From Clostridia bacterium (lineage in GTDB: Bacteria; Bacillota; Clostridia; Oscillospirales; CAG-272), in NCBI GenBank assembly GCA_017473865.1, contig JAFUJB010000016.1:240917-304916 (forward strand): a DNA stretch of 64,000 bases, in the 5' to 3' direction. Positions 1-9,029 of this stretch are shown piece after piece. Within the stretch, counting starts at the first letter, position 1, and the number at the start of each line of letters is the position of its first letter. The position numbers and the translations under genes are program-made. The notes beneath the pieces are model-generated. The model saw nothing but the letters and a program-made list of their open reading frames with translations. It did not search any database and was not told where the DNA came from.

Positions 1-177
1 CAATTGCAATATGAAGCAAAACAAAACGAAGAAGTTGCAAAGGCTGTTAAGGCAATTCATGATTTATGCGAAGCTGTAAACCAGTTAGATGAACGTCATC
101 AGCAAATTGCATTTTCTGCTTGTCTTGCTGAAATGGCAAGAGAATATAATTGGTGAAAAGAAATACACTGTAGCCCA
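1..177 (+). CDS. 3' end of an ORF that enters from upstream of the window; unknown function
   Basis: Open frame from position 1 to TAA at 175-177 (…AEMAREYNW*). No recognisable motif. Confidence 0.25.
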
Positions 178-532
178 TTGTTGATGATATATTAAAGATT
201 TTATATTTTTACGACAAATGGAATAAAGTTACGCTGCCTTATGACAGGTTATTTTTTGCAATAAAGCCGCTTGGGATTAACAAAGTCAGAAAAAAGCAGG
301 ATAAATAATGGTATAACAATATCACCCGTAAAATCCCCACGATGAAGCCTTTAGATTAATAAAAATACCCCCTATGACCGAGGTCATAGGGGGGTCAAAA
401 TTATACTTGTATGTTTATGTATGATTTCGGAATAAAACCGCAATATTTGTAATATTATAAAAGTTTTTCGGGTTATAACCGCAAAACTATTAACTAACGA
501 GACTCTTGGTGTTATACTAATAGCACACGGAG

Positions 533-985
533 GTGGTTACTATGATATTTAGAGAAAATTATGTGAAAAAGATAATGGCATTTACCGACACAACTTTTGT
601 TAAAGTTCTTACCGGTGTTCGTCGTTGCGGTAAGTCCACTATTATGCAAATGATAATGGACGAACTTCGTAAAAGAGATATTAACGATGAAAGAATAGTA
701 AGTTATCGCTTTGACTCGATGGAATATGAAGGTATGACTGCGAAGCAGTTATACGAAATGATTAAAACCAAATTATCCGATACAGAGAAGACCTACTTGT
801 TCCTTGATGAAGTTCAGAAAATAACCTCTTGGGAGAAAACCGAGAAGAGAGAATATGACCGTCTTCTTGAAATCAATGATAATTATCCGAAGTATCTGCT
901 TCGTGCCGATGATTTCGCAGGTGGTAATTATCAGGGTATCAAGACAATGCACGTTGCTAATTTTCTGCTTTCAAAAGAATATTAA
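533..985 (+). pseudogene. Truncated N-terminal fragment of an AAA-family ATPase (DUF4143/AAA_14-like)
   Basis: Walker A GVRRCGKST and a putative Walker B (LFLDE). Only 150 aa, where this family is typically ~400 aa. The frame ends abruptly and the downstream frames are unrelated. Confidence 0.4.
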
Positions 986-1826
986 ATATGTGGTAGGTAA
1001 GAAACCTAATTACACAATGCAAAGCACATCGGTCGTCCCGATGTGCTTTTTCTCTCTCCCCCCGTCCTATTTATAAAAACCTTGATTTTCAGAGGAATGT
1101 ATGGTATTATAAGTGCGGTAAATCGCAAGTTTATATCGGCCCAATAAAAGTGAAATTTACTTATAAATTACCCACGGTATCCACGATTTACCCATAACAT
1201 TCGAGACTGTGTTAGATTTAAAGATACAATATAAGAGGCTTTGTCAAACACTATGTCTATCCCCACCATAAAACCTTTGGACTAATATAGTTCAAAGAAA
1301 TCCAGTAGTTATGCGGTTTTGCGGTGGTTTAGAGCCTTAAAAAACTACGCTACTACGCCAATTTTCACAAGAGATTTGCAGAGAAAAGTCACTATGATAG
1401 TCTAAAATATCAAGCACCGTGCAAACTGCACGGCGTTTTTATTATATATAAATTTTTTTAGTTATGTGAGATATGTAAAGTTGCATTTTTAAACGTTAAG
1501 GAAAGTACCCGTTATTGTTACATAACAAAACTGTGCAGTGCGCCTTAATGATGGGTAAGACAGTGATTTATTTGAAAACAAAAATCTTGTAATTACAAAA
1601 TCAATATTAGAAAACGACATTTCATCTATTTACCCTTTTAGTTGCGCTAAAGGTATGTAAGGTATGTTATAATATGTCCCATATGCCATCGCGACTTATA
1701 ATTTATATTTAATTTTTGTATTCTGATAAAGCAATAACAATATATATATTATTGATAATATTGAATATACAAAAAACGACCGTTAAAAAGTGTTATCTTT
1801 TTAACGGTTTGCAAACGTATTAAAAA

Positions 1827-1861
1827 GCGCCGTAGATGATTTTCTACGGCGCTTTTTTTTT
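1827..1861. terminator. Bidirectional rho-independent terminator
   Basis: GCGCCGTAGA-tgattt-TCTACGGCGC, a 10-bp perfect stem followed by T9. There is also an A/T run on the other side. It lies downstream of the integrase gene on the minus strand. Confidence 0.6.
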
Positions 1862-1878
1862 CGCAGAGTTCCACACTC
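1862..1878. repeat. Left copy of a 17-bp perfect inverted repeat, CGCAGAGTTCCACACTC
   Basis: Exact reverse complement of 3291-3307. This copy also forms a local hairpin (CAGAGT-tccac-ACTCTG). Confidence 0.7.
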
Positions 1879-1925
1879 TGCAAATTAATGAAAAAAAGCA
1901 GTTAAAATAAGGGCTTAAAGAGTTT

Positions 1926-1948
1926 TTTTGACGGAAGCTCCTGACGGC
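1926..1948. repeat. Left copy of an imperfect ~23-bp direct repeat, TTTTGACGGARGYTCYTGACGGC
   Basis: TTTTGACGGAAGCTCCTGACGGC here versus TTTTGACGGAGGTTCTGACGGC at 3127-3148. Each copy contains two TGACGG half-sites. This copy abuts the integrase stop codon. Confidence 0.6.
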
Positions 1949-1949
1949 T

Positions 1950-3074
1950 TTACAAACAGCCAACCATGACGACCTTATTCATATTGTCACGTTTAAGTTC
2001 TAAAGATGAGTGAACATATCTTTCAAGTGTGATCTGTGGGCTTGAATGGCCGAGAATTTCGCTTAATGATTTTATTTCAAAACCACCCTCTACACACCGA
2101 GTTGCAAAAGTGTGTCGGAGAGTATGGAAATGCACATCTTCAATATCGCAATCTTTAGTGTACCTTTCCATTTTGTACTGCAAGGATCTTGGCTCTATGA
2201 ATTCATAAGGACTACCCGATAGAACAAATGCTGTCTGTGATAGCGGTTTGAACCTTTTGCAAAGGTTAATTGCAAAATCGCTTAAAGGTATAATCCGAGC
2301 TGAAGTATCGCTTTTTGGATCGCTGATTATAATTTTTGTTTTTGTAGTTCGGTTTATATCAAAATCCCTTAACCTTTGCATTGTGGAAGTGATCTTAATT
2401 ATTCCGTCTTTAATGGATATGTTTTCCCAGCGGAGCGCACATATTTCTCCTATTCTCATTCCGGTAAGCAAGGTTAATAGAGTGCCGAACTTGCAGTAAT
2501 CCATATCCTCAAGCAAATACTGAACAAATCGCATTTGTTCTTCTTTTGTCAGTACACGCATTTCCTTTTTTACATCTTTTGGGTAATAAATCTCAACATT
2601 AGGGAAAACCCCTTGATATTGACGGGCTGAATACTTTAATATTGAATGAAGAACAATTAAAATGTCTTTTACGGTTTTAGGAGCTAATTCTTCCTCATAT
2701 AATAGTTCTTGTGTGAATTGCTCTACTAATATAGTTGATAATGCCTGAATGAAGCAACCGCCAAGTTTGGGTTTTATATGTTTTTCTATTGTAGTGTTAT
2801 ACTTCACATAGGTAGATTCCTTTACCTTTATCTTGTTTAACCGCAGCCATTCATCACAATAGTAAGAGAATCTTTTGCGGCGATTTTGTTCAGGGGATGG
2901 CACGTTTATCAACAAGGCCGCTTTTGCACGCTCTACCTTCTCCTTTGCTTCACGATATGTCTTTCCGTAACAATAGCCATAACTAGCCGAACCGTTGGGA
3001 TCATAACCTTTTATATATCGAGCTTCCCAACGCTTATCTTTTCTTTTGTAAATATTTTCACCTTTTTTTGACAT
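1950..3074 (-). CDS. Tyrosine-type site-specific recombinase/integrase (phage-integrase family)
   Basis: 374 aa. C-terminal catalytic motifs HTLRHTFATR … LGHSSPQITLERYVHSS (the R…HxxR…Y tyrosine-recombinase signature). There is a core-binding-like N-terminal domain. Confidence 0.9.
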   Translation of the reverse strand: MSKKGENIYKRKDKRWEARYIKGYDPNGSASYGYCYGKTYREAKEKVERAKAALLINVPSPEQNRRKRFSYYCDEWLRLNKIKVKESTYVKYNTTIEKHIKPKLGGCFIQALSTILVEQFTQELLYEEELAPKTVKDILIVLHSILKYSARQYQGVFPNVEIYYPKDVKKEMRVLTKEEQMRFVQYLLEDMDYCKFGTLLTLLTGMRIGEICALRWENISIKDGIIKITSTMQRLRDFDINRTTKTKIIISDPKSDTSARIIPLSDFAINLCKRFKPLSQTAFVLSGSPYEFIEPRSLQYKMERYTKDCDIEDVHFHTLRHTFATRCVEGGFEIKSLSEILGHSSPQITLERYVHSSLELKRDNMNKVVMVGCL

Positions 3075-3126
3075 AATGAAACCTCCTTGATATTATGTAG
3101 TTTGAAAAAACTTTATCCTTTCCTTA

Positions 3127-3148
3127 TTTTGACGGAGGTTCTGACGGC
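3127..3148. repeat. Right copy of the imperfect direct repeat (TTTTGACGGAGGTTCTGACGGC)
   Basis: See 1926-1948. It lies ~55 bp upstream of the integrase start codon. Confidence 0.6.
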
Positions 3149-3290
3149 GGTACACCATTGCAAAATCGACAAAAACCATTGTAAAACTGCCTTTTAACCT
3201 CATCAAAAGGGAAAAAATCTTGAACTTTTTGCTTTTAGAGGCCAAAACCACTTGCGTTTTTGCGGATTATATGCTAAAATAACCCCCGTG

Positions 3291-3307
3291 GAGTGTGGAA
3301 CTCTGCG
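3291..3307. repeat. Right copy of the 17-bp perfect inverted repeat (GAGTGTGGAACTCTGCG)
   Basis: Reverse complement of 1862-1878. It lies ~170 bp upstream of the TetR gene. Confidence 0.7.
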
Positions 3308-3474
3308 AAAGCAGCTTAAAACAAGGGCTTATTCTATGTGCAATACTGTTTTTAGCATTTACCGGCAGAACCAAAGAGTTAATAATGTAAACTCTGTCGA
3401 TTTTTTCGGCGAGAGTTTGTTTTTTGAGTATTTTATAGTAAATACTTATGCTGCTTTGAAGGGGGAAGATTGTA

Positions 3475-4077
3475 ATGACGCAAGCAGAGCGAAAACTTGC
3501 GTTACTCTGTAGCACCATCTCTGTAATAGCTAGGGATGGCCTTGACAAAACAACAACAAGAGCTATTGCAACCGAAGCAAATCTGAATGAAGCTTATATT
3601 TATCAGTTGTTTGACAGTAAAGAGGATTTATTCAAAGAAGTCTTTGCAACCTTAGATGATGAACTGGTTTCAATAATTCTTTTCCGCTTACCTGTAATGT
3701 ATATGGAATCTATGGACTTTGAAACCCGGTGCCGTGCGCTGTTCTTTTCTTGCTGGAGATTTATCCTCGGCAACAAAGATAAGTGTCTTTGTTTTATACG
3801 CTATTATTATTCGCCTTACTTTAAGAAATATTCATATGACGAACATAATAAGCGCTACCAAAGTGTTCTTGAAAAAATGACACCTGCCTTTCGTAAAAAA
3901 AGTAATGTTTGGATGTTGCTTAACCACATTCTGAACACAATGCTTGACTTTGCCGTAAAGGTGTTTAACGGAGATATAAATGATAATGACGATACTGCTG
4001 AACACGTATTTTTGGTTATTTACTCATCCGTTAAACCTTATATTGAACCCCATCATTTGATAAATAAGGAGGGATAA
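3475..4077 (+). CDS. TetR/AcrR-family transcriptional regulator
   Basis: N-terminal HTH: TTTRAIATEANLNEAYIYQLFDSKEDLF. 200 aa. Immediately precedes the sipW-like gene. Confidence 0.85.
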   Translation: MTQAERKLALLCSTISVIARDGLDKTTTRAIATEANLNEAYIYQLFDSKEDLFKEVFATLDDELVSIILFRLPVMYMESMDFETRCRALFFSCWRFILGNKDKCLCFIRYYYSPYFKKYSYDEHNKRYQSVLEKMTPAFRKKSNVWMLLNHILNTMLDFAVKVFNGDINDNDDTAEHVFLVIYSSVKPYIEPHHLINKEG

Positions 4078-4083
4078 CCAAAG

Positions 4084-4617
4084 ATGCAAATGGAAAAGAC
4101 GTTAAAAAGAGTCTGGGATGTTATTTCAACGATTGTTGTTGTTATAGTAGTAATATTTGCGATTCTTTTGGTTGGTGTGCGTTTGTTTGGTGTACAGGTA
4201 TACTCGGTTATTTCAGGTTCAATGGAGCCTGAATATCCGGTAGGATCACTTATTTATGTTAAAGAAGTTGATCCTTCAAAAATTGAAGTAAATGATGTTA
4301 TTACTTATGTGTTGCCTAATGATATGCCATCTACTCACCGAGTAATAAAAATTGATGCCGAAAAACAATTGTTTTACACAAAGGGAGATGCAAATAAAAC
4401 TGAAGATGGAGCACCGGTTCATTTTAATAATTTAATAGGTACTCCCGTTTTCAAGATACCGTGTCTCGGATATGTTGCTTACTATATTCAGCATCCACCC
4501 GGTATGTATATTGCTATTGCTGCCGGAGCAGTTCTACTGATACTTGTCTTTCTGCCTGATTTATTCAAAAAGGATAAGAAGAAAGACGAGCACCCCACAA
4601 AACAGATGGGGATATAA
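4084..4617 (+). CDS. sipW: Signal peptidase I, SipW/archaeal-ER type (S26B)
   Basis: N-terminal TM segment, then the S26B catalytic-serine motif SGSMEPEYPVGSL. C-terminal TM anchor (IAIAAGAVLLILVFL) as in SipW. Followed by cognate TasA-family genes. Confidence 0.8.
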   Translation: MQMEKTLKRVWDVISTIVVVIVVIFAILLVGVRLFGVQVYSVISGSMEPEYPVGSLIYVKEVDPSKIEVNDVITYVLPNDMPSTHRVIKIDAEKQLFYTKGDANKTEDGAPVHFNNLIGTPVFKIPCLGYVAYYIQHPPGMYIAIAAGAVLLILVFLPDLFKKDKKKDEHPTKQMGI

Positions 4618-4673
4618 TTCAGGGGTAACGCCGTAAGGCTCCCAAATAAATACTTTTTAAGGAGGTTTTTGTT

Positions 4674-5372
4674 ATGAGAACAAAAACGAAAGCATTGGCT
4701 CTGGCTCTTTGCGCGGTGTTACTCGTCGTTAGTACAGTATTCGTAACGATGGCATTCCTCACCGGCAGTGATTCGGTCCAAAACACATTCACGTTTGGTC
4801 AAGTTGGAATATCGCTAGACGAAGCAGAAGTTGACGCAAGCGGTAAAGTAAAAAATGGCGAAAACCGTAAATCTACAGATGGTCGTGTTGAGGGAAATGA
4901 GTATCATCTTATTCCCAGCCACAACTATGTGAAGGATCCTACGATCCACGTAGATGACGACAGCGAAAATTGTTTGCTGTTTGTAAAGCTTGAAAATGCT
5001 CTGGAGCCCATCGTTGCAGGTAAAAATACTTTTTCTGCTGAAGATCCTGCAGATACCGTTTATACCATTGAAGCACAGATGATGAAGAATGGTTGGACTC
5101 TTATTGACTCTGCCAATAACATTTGGGCTTACAATAAAGTCGTTGCTGAAAATGAACACATCAACGTGTTTGATGAGTTTACACTCACCGATAATGCTGA
5201 TGTCTCCAAGTATGCAACAGTAAAGGATGATCAAGGGAATGTTAAAGGTGGCAAAACAATCAAAGTAACCGCATACGCAGTTCAGGCTGACGGATTTGTT
5301 GAAGATACTACAGTTTCTCCCGATGACGCGAAGAACGCTTGGGGCGAAACTAAAGATTCCTTTGAAAACTAA
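4674..5372 (+). CDS. TasA/CalY (camelysin, peptidase-M73) family secreted fibre subunit with SipW-cognate signal peptide
   Basis: Signal h-region followed by MAFLTGSDSVQNTFTFGQV, which fits the SipW-cognate class A-[FY]-[FL]-[ST]-D…N-x-F-x-x-G. C-terminal VTAYAVQADGF strand. RBS AAGGAGG. Confidence 0.7.
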   Translation: MRTKTKALALALCAVLLVVSTVFVTMAFLTGSDSVQNTFTFGQVGISLDEAEVDASGKVKNGENRKSTDGRVEGNEYHLIPSHNYVKDPTIHVDDDSENCLLFVKLENALEPIVAGKNTFSAEDPADTVYTIEAQMMKNGWTLIDSANNIWAYNKVVAENEHINVFDEFTLTDNADVSKYATVKDDQGNVKGGKTIKVTAYAVQADGFVEDTTVSPDDAKNAWGETKDSFEN

Positions 5373-5433
5373 TTTCGTAATTAAAGCAGAAGTGCTTAAT
5401 TAATAACAAATACAATGAAAGGAGAAAAATGAT

Positions 5434-6081
5434 ATGACAACTAATAAGAAGCTAGTAATTGCCATCGTAGCTCTTTCGATCGCACTCGTTTGCGTTATAG
5501 GCGGCACACTTGCATTCCTTATTGATTCCACAGAAACGGTAACTAACACATTTACATACGGCGAAATTGATATTGAGCTTTGGGAGAATACCGTTGATGA
5601 TGAAGGCAACCTAACGGAAACAAAGGATTACGACGGCATCGTATATGGAAAGATAGTTCCTGGTGATGTCGTTAATAAGAATCCTACTGTAACTGTTAAG
5701 GAAGGCAGCGAAGAGTGCTATGTATACGTAAAGGTTACAGATACTCTTGCAGTTGATTCTGTTGTTACCGATATGAGTATCGGTGAAAATAACGACTGGC
5801 AGGTTGTAAAAAATGATGGTAATGTAACTCTCTATCGCTATAAGACTACCGTAAAAGCTCCTGCTGAAAACAACGATAGCACTGCTGACGATATTAATAT
5901 TGCTGTTTTCACAAAAGTTACCTTCCCCGGTGAACTTACCAATGATCAGATTGAAAGTCTCAAGGCAGCTGGTAACAAGATTGAAATCCAAGCTTACGCA
6001 CATCAGTCCGAGAATATTGATGATGTAACTGTTGCCGATACTGAAGCAATCGCTTGGGCTAAAGTGACGGCTTCAAACTAA
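5434..6081 (+). CDS. TasA/CalY-family secreted fibre subunit (paralog 2)
   Basis: GGTLAFLIDSTETVTNTFTYGEIDIEL. C-terminal IQAYAHQSEN strand. Confidence 0.7.
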   Translation: MTTNKKLVIAIVALSIALVCVIGGTLAFLIDSTETVTNTFTYGEIDIELWENTVDDEGNLTETKDYDGIVYGKIVPGDVVNKNPTVTVKEGSEECYVYVKVTDTLAVDSVVTDMSIGENNDWQVVKNDGNVTLYRYKTTVKAPAENNDSTADDINIAVFTKVTFPGELTNDQIESLKAAGNKIEIQAYAHQSENIDDVTVADTEAIAWAKVTASN

Positions 6082-6122
6082 TTCAAATCAACCCACGAAG
6101 TTAAAGAAAGGAAAAACGAAGC

Positions 6123-6728
6123 ATGAAAAAAGGTTTAATTCTTGTTCTTGCTATAGTGATGGTTGTCTGCATCAGCATCAGTGCAACTCTTGCATATTTG
6201 TTCGTTGAGACAACCCCTGTAAAAAACACCTTTGAGTATGGCGATATCAACATAGAACTTAAGGAACATAAGTATGTAGACGGTAAATTGACAAACGAAG
6301 AAGTAACAGCTAACACCAGTTACAAAGTAGTTCCTGGTGTTAGCGAAGATAAAGATCCCTTCGTAAGAGTAAGGAAAGGCAGCGAAAAATGCTACATTTA
6401 CGTTACTGTTGAAAATAGTGTAAAGTTGGATGATGGTACTGTTGTGGCTTCTGTTAATATCAATACAACTGATTGGGTTAAGGTCGCCGCCAGTGGTGAT
6501 ATCACACTTTACCGTTACAAAGACGTAGTTGATGTTTCTGATGCTACAGAGGATATTGAACTTCCGGTGTTTACAACAGTAACCTATGATGCTGAGAAGA
6601 TTCTTAAGGACAATATTGCACAAGTCAAAGACGATACAATTACCGTTATTGCTTATGCATATCAAGCAACCAATGTGGAACAGAGCTATGCTGATACAGC
6701 TGTAAAGACTATGGCAGACATCTCCTAA
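6123..6728 (+). CDS. TasA/CalY-family secreted fibre subunit (paralog 3)
   Basis: SATLAYLFVETTPVKNTFEYGDINIEL. C-terminal VIAYAYQATN strand. Confidence 0.7.
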   Translation: MKKGLILVLAIVMVVCISISATLAYLFVETTPVKNTFEYGDINIELKEHKYVDGKLTNEEVTANTSYKVVPGVSEDKDPFVRVRKGSEKCYIYVTVENSVKLDDGTVVASVNINTTDWVKVAASGDITLYRYKDVVDVSDATEDIELPVFTTVTYDAEKILKDNIAQVKDDTITVIAYAYQATNVEQSYADTAVKTMADIS

Positions 6729-6759
6729 TTTAAGTCTGAATTGACAATTAATATCCTAA

Positions 6760-7527
6760 ATGAAAGGAAACAATACCATGAAAAAGAAGATTTTATCAAT
6801 TTGCCTCGTTGCAATTATTGCAATTACAGCGATTGCAGGTGCTTCTCTTGCATACCTCACCGATCGTGATAGTGCAGAAAACGTATTCACTTTCGGAAAT
6901 GTAGAGATTAAACTTAACGAAACGTTTGAAGATAACGAACTCATTCCCGGTAAGAAGCTTGCCAAGGAAGCAACTATCGCGAACACCGGTAAAAATGATG
7001 CTTGGGTTTGGATCACGGTAGCAATTCCTACTGTACTTGACGGTGGTGCTGATGCTTCCAAGAACGTTCTTCATATGAATATTCCCGGTAAGTATTGGGA
7101 TGATTATTTTGATGATCCCAAATATTCCGATGGTACGGTAACAATAGACCAGACATGGAATGCTGATTATAACTCTTTCAATACAATGATTGATAATGTT
7201 GAATATACAGTATATACACACCTTTATAACGGTAAACTTGCTGCAGGCGCTACAACAACAACTTGTCTCAGCACTGTATATCTTGATGCTCATGTAGATA
7301 TCAATACTGACGGACAGCTCTATTGGGTAGAAGACGGAACAGCAACCAAAATCGATTGGAATGTAAATGATAACGGTGCTCCCAGCGTTTACGTTTCTGC
7401 TTACGCTATCCAGAAAGAGGGTTTTGAAAACGTTGAAGATGCTTATAAGGCATACAATGAACAGTGGGGTAACAATGGCGCAGAATACGGTGCAGTTGTG
7501 AAACCCGCTACCCAGCCCGCAGCATAA
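6760..7527 (+). CDS. TasA/CalY-family secreted fibre subunit (paralog 4)
   Basis: GASLAYLTDRDSAENVFTFGNVEIKL. C-terminal VSAYAIQKEGF strand. Confidence 0.7.
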   Translation: MKGNNTMKKKILSICLVAIIAITAIAGASLAYLTDRDSAENVFTFGNVEIKLNETFEDNELIPGKKLAKEATIANTGKNDAWVWITVAIPTVLDGGADASKNVLHMNIPGKYWDDYFDDPKYSDGTVTIDQTWNADYNSFNTMIDNVEYTVYTHLYNGKLAAGATTTTCLSTVYLDAHVDINTDGQLYWVEDGTATKIDWNVNDNGAPSVYVSAYAIQKEGFENVEDAYKAYNEQWGNNGAEYGAVVKPATQPAA

Positions 7528-7563
7528 ATCACGATTTTCCTACGATAAAGGAGACATTATATT

Positions 7564-8298
7564 ATGAAAAAGAAAATTGTATCAATTGCACTTGTTGCTT
7601 GTCTTGCACTTATGGCAATCGCCGGTGCATCTCTTGCTTACTTTACAGATACTGATGATGCAACCAACGTGTTCACCTCCGGAAAAGTAGACATTACCCT
7701 TAATGAAGTGTTTGACGAAGAGAAAGCACAGCTTATCCCCGGTGTTGATATTCAGAAGGACGTTACGATTTCTCTCAGTGACGATAGCGTTGAATCTTAT
7801 GTTTGGTACACTTACGCCATCCCCGCAGTACTTGATGATGCCAACGATCAGGCTTTCAACAATATTATTCACGTTAATCATGCAGGAAGAAACTGGCTTG
7901 GCTATCAGAACGATGAGAAGTATTGGGCAGAAGGTCAGACCGCAGCTACTCCTGAGGATCAGTGCTGGATCATTGATAACGTTGTAATTGAACTGAAGGA
8001 AATTGACGGCGTTCTCTACAACGTATATGTAGTTCTCTACAACGGAACTCTCGATGCAGGTGAAAAAACCACGATCGGTATGACTAATGTTTATTGCGAC
8101 ACCAAGGTTGATTTTGACAACAAAACAGGTAAATACACAATCAATGGTCAGGACATCGGATTTGATCTTAACAACGTTAAGATCATCGTTACCGCTTACG
8201 GCATCCAGGCGGCAACATTCAACACTGTTCAGGAAGCATATGCTGCATATAACGCGCAGCTGGAAGATATTCCTGCAGGCGCAGTTGATATTGATTAA
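7564..8298 (+). CDS. TasA/CalY-family secreted fibre subunit (paralog 5)
   Basis: GASLAYFTDTDDATNVFTSGKVDITL, a close match to the CalY/TasA N-terminal consensus. C-terminal VTAYGIQAATF strand. Confidence 0.75.
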   Translation: MKKKIVSIALVACLALMAIAGASLAYFTDTDDATNVFTSGKVDITLNEVFDEEKAQLIPGVDIQKDVTISLSDDSVESYVWYTYAIPAVLDDANDQAFNNIIHVNHAGRNWLGYQNDEKYWAEGQTAATPEDQCWIIDNVVIELKEIDGVLYNVYVVLYNGTLDAGEKTTIGMTNVYCDTKVDFDNKTGKYTINGQDIGFDLNNVKIIVTAYGIQAATFNTVQEAYAAYNAQLEDIPAGAVDID

Positions 8299-8445
8299 TT
8301 GAAATAACAGATCCGAATACTCTGCTCCCTTTTGGGAGCAGGGTATATACGGGTACCTCAGCTTGACTGAGATGTCCATATATGCCCTGCTATAAATACG
8401 AGCGGGTTTTATAAGATTATTATATTTGATGGAAGGAAATGAGCG

Positions 8446-9015
8446 ATGAAAAAGAAAATATTGGTTTGCGCTTTCATAGCTGTTTGCTTGTCAATTGTTG
8501 CATATAGTACTACTGCATATTTTACATATGAAGATACTGCTACTAATGTAATAACGATGGGAAATATCAAAATTGAATTACAGGAGTTGGCAATTCCGGG
8601 TAGTGGTGGAGATCCAATTCCTTTCGAGGACGCAATTGATGTGCTTCCAGGAATGGATGTATCAAAAATTGTTCAAGTAAAGAACGTCGGAGCTCAACCG
8701 TCTTGGATTAGAGTATCTGTTGCAAAATCCATATTACTTGCTGACGGTATCATCGGTGAGGTAGATTTATCACTCATTACATATGATTTGAACACGCAAT
8801 ATTGGATTGAACAGGACGGATATTTTTATTACAAAGATATTGTTAATCCCGGCGAAACAACAGAACCGCTGTTCACGAAAGTGATGTTCGCGTCTAATAT
8901 GAGCAATATGTATCAGCGAAGTAAAGCTACAATAAAAATCAATGCACAAGCAACACAAGTGGTTAACAACGGCAGCATGGTATTTGAAGCTGCCGGTTGG
9001 CCGAAAGCAGAGTAA
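8446..9015 (+). CDS. TasA/CalY-family secreted fibre subunit (paralog 6, divergent)
   Basis: YSTTAYFTYEDTATNVITMGNIKIEL. C-terminal INAQATQVVN strand. Preceded by a 147-bp gap that contains two hairpins. Confidence 0.65.
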   Translation: MKKKILVCAFIAVCLSIVAYSTTAYFTYEDTATNVITMGNIKIELQELAIPGSGGDPIPFEDAIDVLPGMDVSKIVQVKNVGAQPSWIRVSVAKSILLADGIIGEVDLSLITYDLNTQYWIEQDGYFYYKDIVNPGETTEPLFTKVMFASNMSNMYQRSKATIKINAQATQVVNNGSMVFEAAGWPKAE

Positions 9016-9029
9016 GGAGGTAGAGCAAA

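Noticed and set aside
7582-8379. 265-aa minus-strand ORF overlapping TasA paralog 5
   Set aside because: It is antisense to a gene with clear signal-peptide and family motifs. It is Cys/Ile-rich shadow frame with no RBS.
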